Shown: piece by piece, positions 11,071-19,899 of the stretch | How the letters are laid out: each line of letters starts with the position of its first letter | How positions within the stretch are numbered: position 1 is the stretch's first letter | NCBI RefSeq assembly: GCF_009834535.1 | Contig: NC_045702.1 | Location: 5,952,001-6,016,000, forward strand | Reading direction: 5' to 3' | DNA length: 64,000 nt | From: Camelus ferus | Taxonomy: Eukaryota | The notes under the pieces: generated by a model | What the model saw: only the letters and a program-made list of their open reading frames with translations | Told to the model about the DNA's origin: nothing | The model's database searches: none | Translations under genes and position numbers: made by a program

Positions 11071-12242
11071 CAAGAAGATGCCACAATGACACCGTTAAAA
11101 TGAAAATACACCATGCTAAGTAGGACAGGGTATGATCTCAAAGTAAAAAAAGGAAATATGTTTAAGTAGTAACAGAGGCCATCTGAATGAAAGGATGACT
11201 GTGAATTTCTCCAGCTCCTCGTGTTCTCAGTAACTTCCGAATGTCCTGCAGTGAATTAGTCACAGTGACACAGGGGAAGCAAGGGGACAGGCCTCCCAGG
11301 CTCACCCCCACAGCCAGGGCCACAGTGCAGATTAGGCCTTGGTGCCTCGCCCTGCGTCTCCCCACCTTCCGTCTCATCGCCACGTCCCCTGGTGACCCAG
11401 CACCTTGGGAGAGCTAGACTCGCGTCTTGTGGGGTGGGACGGGCCACCCCACACACCCCTACCTCGCCTTTTCCTTCTTCTCCACCGGATCCCCCCAGTG
11501 CCTGGTCCCACGCCCTCAGGTCCTGCCCTGGCCCCAAAAGAACTCAGGCCAGGCTGTTCCATTCCTAGGATATACATCTTTCCTTGCTTCCTGAGGTGTT
11601 CACTATAGAAAGGAAGAAACCCCAAGGTTTCTGGGGGTCTGCAAACTACAGGTAAAAATGACAGTGTGAGGACTGGGGGGTCTCAGCTCTCCTCAGTCAC
11701 ATGCCCTCAGCTCCCAGCCACCAGAGCTCTGGGGCACTCTGGGATCCAGGGAGAGTACAGGCCTGAGAAGCCCTGTGTGCCCGTGGGCCCCTTCCTCTTA
11801 AAACAGCTCCTCTGTCTCAGGGAAGAGCGCCCACAGTGTCCCCCTGCCCTGGGTGGCTGGGCATATCCCCCCCCGCAGCACACACGGCTCCCCTGGCCTC
11901 TGGCTGCTCTCAGGGCCCGCACCCCCGACACACACGGACAAGCTGCATGGGGGGCCCTTACTACCCACTGGTATTTTAAAAGAGCACCACAGTTAATAAG
12001 CTGTGTAGTACAACTGGGAGTCACCCATGAGCGGAGTAAACCTTTCCACACACACACCGCTGGCCATAAGTCAAGCGGCGGCCAGATGGAAAAGGACACC
12101 TCCCTGAAGCGAAAGCAGCCATCTGGCAAGAGGTGAGAAACTGCCCTCATTCTTTTCAAACATGTTTAAGGTTCCCGCTGCCCTTGTCTAATGTCCTCCG
12201 GTGCAATACTCTGCTTCTTTCCACAGGCAGCTTTTCGGGGCA

Positions 12243-15200
12243 TCAGACCGTGCGGTCAGGCTCACTGGTCTGTTCCACATCAGCCAGGTCTCCACTGGGG
12301 AAGATAAGGGGCGGCGGGGTGTAGCTGGGGAAATTCTCCAGGTTGGTCTTCAGGAAGAGAAGATGCTGGATGGCGTCCACTGGGAGAGGGGGGTCATGTT
12401 CCGTGATGGTCCGGCTGCCCAGGGAGGCCAAGACACTTGCCGAGAAGGTGCCCGTCGGGGGGCAGGACAGATAGATGGTGGCCAGTCTCGCCAGGGCTGG
12501 CCAGACATCCCACCTCTTCTCCCAGTAAGCCAGGGGGTCCTCCTGGGCACCCACCACCTCATTCTCGCGCAAGTACTTCTTCACAATGACGCTGGCCTGG
12601 TGGTTCTCCATGGAGAGCGAGGCACCACTCCTCCTGGAGGCCAGCAGCCCCACGCTTTCCAGCTGCTCCAGCAGGCTCTTCTCCCTCTGGCCAAACAGCA
12701 AAGACTCAGAGGCACTGCCTCTCTGCACAGGGTCCTCTTGGTCCTTTCCCTCTGCCCCGGAGCTCTTGGCCACTCTGCCACTCAAGGCGGCGTCCGCACG
12801 CACAGCCCTGGGGCTCTGCAGGGACGGCGAGGGAGGCAAGGAGTATTCCGACACCATGATCTCCTTCACCTTGTACACAAGCACCTGCTTCCAGTGGTCA
12901 ATGTCGGCCCCCGCGGGCAGGATGGCCTCGATCCTCCCCTTGAAGCGGGGATCCAAGAGGGTCGCCAGCACAAACTCCTCGCGGTGGAAGAGCTCGGTGA
13001 GCTGGCCATCAGTGGTCAGCTGCAGGGCCAAGCCCTCAGCCAGCCGCACAGCTGCACCCATCTCCCCAGCGCTCTGCTCCTCAAAGTACCCGCGAACCTG
13101 CTCCAGGAAGATGTGCAGGTAGCGCAGCTGGGGCAGCACCAGGCTCAAGGAAGCCTGTGTGGTGCTCGCCTCCCGGACCACCATCTGGAAGGGCCGCAGG
13201 AGCTGGACCAGGCTGTCTGTCAGGCTCCAAAACATGGCCGACAGGGCCGTCCCCGCCTTCCCCAGCTGGTGTTTCTCCTCATACTCCTGCAGTGGCCGCT
13301 GCTGCTCCACCAGCCACTCCATCAGGTGGTAGGCAGAGACCCAGTGGTCCGAGAGCTCCCAAAAGGGCTGGTGCGCTGGGAGGCCGCACCGCCGCTGCAG
13401 CCGGGAGAGGAGCCGCCGGGCCTCTGCGGAGCCTTGGAAGTGGCTGCAGATGGCCCTGGCCGTGCCCAGGATGATCTGGACGCTGTGATGGTGACACAGA
13501 AAGCTTCCCACCAGAGAGTCGAGGCAGTGGACAAAGCAAGGGACAGGGATGTAGCCCTCTGTCCTCACCGCCTGCTCCAGGCTGGGGCAGCCACCCGCCA
13601 CCAGAAAGCCCGGCCTCAGGGAGCCGTGGCTGAGCCACAAGCTGAGCTGCTCCCGCAGCTCCCGCTGCCTGTCCTCTAGGGCACTCTCCAGGGGAAGGCC
13701 CCAGACCCAGAGCACAGCCTGCTTCCTTGGGCTCCCAGACCCCACCTGTTGGCTACCCGGCCGTGTCATCCCCCAGTGGGCAGTGATGGCCACATAGTCC
13801 ACAACTGTGTCCTGGGCTGCCACGGACACACTGAGGTGAACGCAGCCACCCTTAGCCCACCGCATTTCCTGACGCACCTGCTCCCCCATTGCTTCATAGA
13901 GCAGAGGCAAGGCTTTCCCAGAGAAGAAGGCTGGAGGTGGCAGGTGGTAGCAGGGATCCACCTGGGCCATAAATCTTCTGAAGGGTGGGGACGAAACAAA
14001 AGAAAGTGGCAAGGCCAGGCTGCAGAGTAACTCGGCAATGCTGTGGTTCCAGGCCTGTGCTCGGGGCTGGTTGGGGGCATACAGGCCACCCTGGTCCTCC
14101 CCACCCGCCACAGGGGCAGCAGTAGGTTTATCTCTGGTGGGAGTAGGCAGCGGGGGCAGATCTTGTACCAACTGCTCAGGCCTGCCTGGGGCTGCCTGCC
14201 CCTCCCCGTCTTCTGGAGGTGAGGCATCCGGGCAGCGTCGTGGTGATGGGAGCCCCTCGGAGACCTGGCCAGCGGCACCTGCGGGCAGGCCCTTCTGTTT
14301 CTTCTCAGCCCCTCCCCGCTCCCTCCCAGGGCCGGCCGCAGTTGGCTTTCTCCCCACGTCCAGCCCATGCTTACTTGCCAAGTGGCGGACCAGACCCGAG
14401 GGCTGGGACTGCCCCTTCACCTTGCCCTGTCTGATGCTCGCATGGCACAGAGTGCAGGTGACCCGGCAGATGTTCCTGTAGTTGACGGTGAAGAATCGTC
14501 TCAGGTCGGGTGTGGGCTTCTGACCCATGGTGTCCAGGGGGCCTGGGGGCGGCCCAGGGGCCCAGCCCTTGGCCTCCGCCCCTGCCGTGCTGACCAGCTT
14601 CTTGGGGCAGAGTGGCCTCTGGAGGCTCAGCAGGGGCGGCTGCTCCCCAACGCCAGGGAGCAAATGCCTCTTCTTCCACTTCTTGAGGTGACGCACCTCT
14701 CTGGCCAGGCGGGCTATGAGGACGTCGGTCTGCCTCACCTCCTCATTCTCACCAGGCTGGCCCACCTCTCGCCTGTCCGGGCTGCTGGTCTGAACCAGTA
14801 CCAGGCTGGAAGGGGCCTGTCCAGAGCTGAGCACTGGGTCCCTCGATGTCCTTGCTGCCTGCTCCCCCTCCTTTCTCCGTCCACGTGCCTTCTGCTTGGA
14901 CACCTTCTTCCTAGGCTGCACCGGGGGCTCCTGCCCCAGCACAGATTTGAGACCACAGGGTCCAGGGTCTCCCTTTGGCTTATTCTTATCCTGCCCAGGG
15001 CTGGCGTGGCAATTTGCCCCAGAGACAGCTGGGTGAAGACCAGGCCTCTCCAGGGAGTAGGCCCTTCTCTTCTTGTTGCAGACATGCAGGCCCAGGGGAC
15101 CTTCCTCCTGCTCCTCCAGGAAAGCCTGGTCAGGCGAAGGGACAGACAAGGCTCTGGGGAGGGATCGAGGTCTCTTCCTCTGCAGGGGCAGCTCCCTCTC

Positions 15201-15497
15201 ACTCTTCTTCTGGGAGTTGGAGGCGCTGATCTTCCTGGAGCCACCAGCCTTCTCCTCTATGTCTGCAAACTCAAGTTTGACCTCGTTCTCTGGCAGGTGC
15301 CCCCCTGCAACCCAGCCAAGTCCACAAGAGGTGTTGGTGGCTCTGGTGTTGAACTTGGAGCTGGAAGAAGCCAGAGTGGTAACTGGGCTCTTGGCTCTAG
15401 TCTTGGCAGAGTCAGAACACAGAGGGGGCTCTTGCCCCACTGATCTTGAGGGTGTATGTTTCTTGGGGGGCTTTCTGACCTTTTCTACTTCCGACAT
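12243..15497 (-). CDS. ZBED10: Full-length BED zinc finger / hAT-transposase-derived protein (1084 aa); intact orthologue of human ZBED10P (ZBED6CL/C7orf29)
   Basis: Uninterrupted ORF; first ATG at 15497 (agcATG); acceptor ctgttcttctcatcttgccttacAG at 15531-15532. It has a BED finger FF...CTLC...LVRHLASKH and Ac-type hAT motifs: ITAHW, PCFVH, HWVS, ATLLDPRFK, DPLAYW...WPALARLA..YLSCPPT, LLFLKTN. It sits in an LRRC61 intron on the same strand, as for human ZBED10P. The symbol rests on synteny plus domain content. Confidence 0.88.
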   Translation of the reverse strand: MSEVEKVRKPPKKHTPSRSVGQEPPLCSDSAKTRAKSPVTTLASSSSKFNTRATNTSCGLGWVAGGHLPENEVKLEFADIEEKAGGSRKISASNSQKKSERELPLQRKRPRSLPRALSVPSPDQAFLEEQEEGPLGLHVCNKKRRAYSLERPGLHPAVSGANCHASPGQDKNKPKGDPGPCGLKSVLGQEPPVQPRKKVSKQKARGRRKEGEQAARTSRDPVLSSGQAPSSLVLVQTSSPDRREVGQPGENEEVRQTDVLIARLAREVRHLKKWKKRHLLPGVGEQPPLLSLQRPLCPKKLVSTAGAEAKGWAPGPPPGPLDTMGQKPTPDLRRFFTVNYRNICRVTCTLCHASIRQGKVKGQSQPSGLVRHLASKHGLDVGRKPTAAGPGRERGGAEKKQKGLPAGAAGQVSEGLPSPRRCPDASPPEDGEGQAAPGRPEQLVQDLPPLPTPTRDKPTAAPVAGGEDQGGLYAPNQPRAQAWNHSIAELLCSLALPLSFVSSPPFRRFMAQVDPCYHLPPPAFFSGKALPLLYEAMGEQVRQEMRWAKGGCVHLSVSVAAQDTVVDYVAITAHWGMTRPGSQQVGSGSPRKQAVLWVWGLPLESALEDRQRELREQLSLWLSHGSLRPGFLVAGGCPSLEQAVRTEGYIPVPCFVHCLDSLVGSFLCHHHSVQIILGTARAICSHFQGSAEARRLLSRLQRRCGLPAHQPFWELSDHWVSAYHLMEWLVEQQRPLQEYEEKHQLGKAGTALSAMFWSLTDSLVQLLRPFQMVVREASTTQASLSLVLPQLRYLHIFLEQVRGYFEEQSAGEMGAAVRLAEGLALQLTTDGQLTELFHREEFVLATLLDPRFKGRIEAILPAGADIDHWKQVLVYKVKEIMVSEYSLPPSPSLQSPRAVRADAALSGRVAKSSGAEGKDQEDPVQRGSASESLLFGQREKSLLEQLESVGLLASRRSGASLSMENHQASVIVKKYLRENEVVGAQEDPLAYWEKRWDVWPALARLATIYLSCPPTGTFSASVLASLGSRTITEHDPPLPVDAIQHLLFLKTNLENFPSYTPPPLIFPSGDLADVEQTSEPDRTV
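14367..14503 (-). other. BED zinc finger domain of ZBED10
   Basis: RRFFTVNYRNICRVTCTLCHASIRQGKVKGQSQPSGLVRHLASKH fits the BED consensus (aromatic pair, CxxC, L.RHL...H). Confidence 0.88.
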
Positions 15498-16662
15498 GCT
15501 TGGGAGCTTGGGGCAATGAGAAGGCCCAGGCTGTAAGGCAAGATGAGAAGAACAGCTCAACGAGGGGAGGTGAGGCCGGAGAGGGGAGAAGAGAGCTGAG
15601 GATGGAGGTGCAGTTACCACATGGAATCAGCCCCAGGACAAAACTCTCCAGACCCCGACCTCCTTGGTGAATGAAGCCTGACGTTCACTCCTCCAGACCC
15701 AACGGAGCCGCCCTGGACCAGAACCCCCACAGCCCTCTGCACGTTAGTGGTTTCTGGGTCCATCTTCTTTGCCAAATTAACTGAGGTTTCTCTCTTTTCT
15801 TTCAATGTTCACCCAGAACCTAGTAGGCACTTGGCAATGTTCCTGTGTGATGGATACAATATAAAGTTGGCAAGGCACCTGCATGCACATGGCCCTCAGG
15901 CTGGTGGGCGAGACAAACGTGAATAAGAGACATGCACGACACAGACAATTTAAGCCAAGGTGTAGGGTGTGGAGGAGCACTACAGGGGCTGTGAGACCCC
16001 ATAAGGAAGACACTCATGAGGAAAACAGCTAGGTCTCCCTGGAAGAGCTGCAGGCCGGCAGCGAGTGGAGGTGGCCGGTCTCTGCATCCTGTGCCCCTAG
16101 GTGGTACTTGGCACCTCCAGGGCACCATGAAAAGGTAACAGCGATCAGTTTTCACGGATCATGCAGCCCGAGGCTTCCTAAGCCTCCTGCCAGAGCACAC
16201 GGTGTGGGGCCACTCCCGATGCCACTGACCCAGACCCCCGGCATCCTATCACAGACAAACTCCTGAAGGGCTGTTTCTACCTTCTCACCTCCCATTCCTC
16301 GAAAGCCCACTCCTCTCCAGCTCCCGCCCCAACAGGTCCCTGACACTGACACAGCTGAGGCCCCCTGGTGACCCTCATGGCCCCACCTCAGGGGACTTCT
16401 CTGCACTGGAGCAATTGCTCGAGCCCTCCATCTAGAATGCTGTGGCCCAAGGCCCTGGGACACCATGTTCTCTTGGCTTTCCTGTCACCTGTGACTCCTT
16501 TTCAGTCTCTGCCCATCCCTCAATGGCGATTCCCAGGGTTCCTCGTTTCCAGGCCCTGGTTCTACTTCCATACCTCCTCCCCAACTGGAGCTGCATCTGC
16601 ATTTCCACACAGACCCCTGTGAACCCCTCTTGGCTCCCAACTCCCTCCCAGGCTCCCCTCAC

Positions 16663-16796
16663 CTGCTCTTCCCACAGTCAACTCCATCTCGGTAAATGGG
16701 ACACCTGTTCACCCAGATGCTCAGACCCCAAACCTATGGACAATCCTTAATTCCCTTCCCCGCATTCATCTTCCGGAGATGAGGTCAAATTCAGGA
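16663..16796 (-). other. LRRC61: Predicted non-coding exon 2 of the LRRC61/ZBED10 transcription unit
   Basis: A ~70-nt polypyrimidine tract ends in TAG (16797-16799); donor CAG|GTGAGG at 16662; 134 nt. Confidence 0.55.
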
Positions 16797-18399
16797 CTAT
16801 CAAAAGAAAAGAGACATGAAGAAAACAAAAGAGAAATGTGTGGAAAGAAGAGAATGTGAGGAAGGAGGAGCCCGGGGAGCCAGGACACGTGTCCCGGGGA
16901 AAGAGAAGGTTCAAAGGAAGGTGGCTCAGATCCCCACCCTGAACATCTGAGAGCAGGGAGTGTGCGTCTCTCCAGACCAGAGCAAAGTGCAGGGTAAGTG
17001 AGGAGATGGGAGCCAGAACATTCTGACACTGGGCAATGATAACCATTCAGAAGGATCACCAGGGCTGGCAGGATGGCCTTCACTGTTGACCGGTGGCTCA
17101 AGCGAGAACTGGCCATGGAGAAGCGTGGACAATATGATGCAGAGGAGCCCCTTCCAGCAGGAGGGCCCTCAGAAGAACTAAGAGAAATTACCCAGGCAGC
17201 CGCCACCGAACCCGATGTCTGCGGCCCACGGGCAGTGACACTGTGGAGGCGCTGTGGATGACGCTGTGGGTCAAGGTGCAAATGAAGTGCAAGACCCTGT
17301 CCTGCCCCACAGGAGGTGCTCCAGGCATCAGAACCACAGGGGCTCACCTCCGCTCTTGTTTTGATTGAGGAAACGGAAACCCAGAGCAGCAACGTGATGG
17401 TCAGTGGCAGAGTGGAGGTCCAGAGCCAGCGCCGGGCCTCCAGAAGCAGTTGGTAGGCTTCATTGCTCCCAGGAACACAGAACTAGGTGGGCCCGTGGCT
17501 GGCCTGCTCTCACTGATAAGAGCAAGGAAAAGGAAAACACTTGAGTCAGGCTGCTGCCTAGGTCACACCCCAAAGCCTTTACCTGAGGACCTGCTAGTTT
17601 ACCCCAGGGCACCAATCCTGTTCTGTCCGCCAACTTGCCTTGTCCCACCAGTCTGTCCATATTCTGCAGAGACTCTTGATCCACTTGACCATTTAACAAA
17701 AATTTGTCAAATGTCTACCGTGAGTCAGCCCTGTACCCTAGAAACACAAACCTAAAGATGAGTAACTGCCTGGCTGCATGCGGGCTCAGGAGGAGAGGAT
17801 GACTTGGAAATGCCTCCCAGCGCCAGGGCAAGGCACCCTGGAGCCAGGCCTCGGGCTGACCTAGAGGCAAACCGGGCCTATGACATGGGAGTTTCGATTC
17901 TGTCTTGGAAGGGTGGCTTACCTTAGGCTACTGCTTCCGGATCCTTATCTCCTGACAGCCCCCTGGGGATAGGTCCAGGATCGTGTGCAATCCCTGGGAC
18001 CCACAGTAATGCTACCTCTCTCTTTTCCACTGAACCACGTCAGGATGACAGCGAGGTGGACACTGTGCAGAGCCAACCTTGAATCTACGTGAATCTAAAA
18101 TAAGAAATGTAAAAAGAAAGTCACCCACAAATTCCAGGACTTTGGTTATCAGAAGTTGTTTGTGACACTTCTCATAACGGATGACACACGCACACACTTG
18201 AGGACAACAAGATGGATCACCAGCTGTGACTGAGCGCTACGTGCACTAGTGTGCTTGGGTTTCCTGGTCTATACAACAGGGCTAACAGCAGCCAGCTCAC
18301 TGGCTTGTTACGGATTAAGGGAGTCCATGTCTGCATACCACAGTGTTTAAGGGCAGTTACTGGCGCAGAGTGCGCAATGGATACGTTACGAGCCGCCGT

Positions 18400-19150
18400 C
18401 CAGTACATTCTGGCCTCACCTCGTGTTTCAGGTGCAGGGCACTGGGAAGGAGAGGCTAGGCTAGGAGGGGGTCACCTGAGCCGCCAATGAGCGGGGCAGG
18501 CCAGAGCAAGCCATCTCCGCATCCCCCGAGTCCACAGCTGTGAAGCGGGACCACAACGCCCCCACCCCGGCTCACCTACGGCCAGGGGTCCGGCTGGCTG
18601 GGCTGGCGGAGCTGGACGCGGCTCCTGCTGTGGCCGACCGCGCCCCCGCGGCGGGTAGCAAGGCGCCGCCACCCGCACCCACCTCCGCGCCACCGCGAGT
18701 CGTACCCGAAGGCGCCAAAGGCCCCCGCAGAGCCGGGGGGGTCCCGGGTCGCAAAGAGCTACACCTCCGGGAGCAACAGCCCGCGGCGCCGCGCCCACCC
18801 CCGTCCCGCGGTTGGTACGTTCCCCGAGCCGGCGGCCAGCACCAAGTGCGCAGGCGCAAGAGGCCGAGGCCGGAAGTGGGTGGGGGTCACGCCGCCTCCT
18901 CCGCCGGATGTCGGCCGCTGCTCCCTCCTTGACCTAGGTCCCTTGGTATTAGCTCAGTAGTGCTAGTTTAATAGGCCTTAAAAGGAACACTTGCACGCTC
19001 TCCGGGCCGACGTAGTCCAGTCATACTTCTCCACCAGCCGATTCCCCAAGGCCCCTTCCGCCCCGGCCTCTCTGCGCCACCGGAGTCTGACTGCCCGAGT
19101 GCAACCTGGGTCTCGTTCGCACGTGCAGACGGAAGGGACCACGGTGACGG
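18400..19150 (-). promoter_or_regulatory. LRRC61: CpG-island promoter and exon 1 of LRRC61/ZBED10
   Basis: CpG-dense. NRF1 motif TGCGCAGGCGCA at 18847-18858; ETS/GABP motif CCGGAAGTG at 18870-18878; minus-strand donor TAG|GTGAGC with the exon ending at 18576. Confidence 0.75.
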
Positions 19151-19899
19151 CAGTGATCCATGTGTTCGGAGTCTCTTCCTGCCTTGAAGGCTCACCCAGC
19201 ATTTCAGGAAGCCCATAAAGCGTCTTATGGGGCACATTCCCGGTGATGCGCTGATGGCCTCTCCCAGAACCCAGGGGTCATCCATGCCTTCCACCACTGT
19301 GGTGCTCTGCCAACTCCCCAAACAATTGTCCCTCTCTCCTTGCGCTGGTCCCACCTGGGCACTAACCCAACTCTTGCTTCACAGGCTACCTTGAGCTTCT
19401 TTCCACCACTACAGTAAGACAAATTCAAGGGCCTCTGCTGGGACACCACTGGGCCTTGGGCAGTCCTCCCTACTCACCTTCCCAGGGCTGGTCTCGGTTC
19501 TTGCCATCTTTTTCTGGCTCCCCTCCTCTGGGCCCAAGTCCATCAGCTCCAGGCTGGTGCAGTCCTCCGGCTTGGGCTAAAACTAGGACCCCTGCAATGA
19601 GAGTATATATCTTTTCACTTTACCAAAGCTATTTTAAATCTTGTTTGATTCCATGCCTCCGAGATGGTGGTTATTGATTTTTCCATTATACAGATGAGGA
19701 AACAGAGACCCAGTCCCACAGTGTGTTACAGTAGGAGATGGGAGGAGCCACAAGTGATACTAAAATCATACTGTTGTGTCGGGGTCCGTATATAGTGGGC
19801 TCAGAGCTGGTCCCTTTGCAGTGTTAACCCAGAGGCACTCTAGAACCAAGGGTGGTTTGATTGCAAAACTGGGAGACACAGATAATAAGCTGAAAGAAC

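Noticed and set aside
12201-13679. 492-aa plus-strand ORF (and the 358-aa ORF at 14367-15443)
   Set aside because: Antisense shadows of the GC-rich ZBED10 CDS; GTG/TTG-type starts and no recognisable domain.
15498-15620. ORF-track N-terminal extension of ZBED10 (1125 aa)
   Set aside because: Starts at GTG, and most of it lies upstream of the splice acceptor at 15531-15532; the first ATG is at 15497.
16985-17315. Plus-strand donor (CAGG|GTAAGT ~16994) and acceptor (ccccacAG ~17310) suggesting an antisense transcript
   Set aside because: Isolated splice motifs with no supporting promoter, ORF or poly(A) chain.
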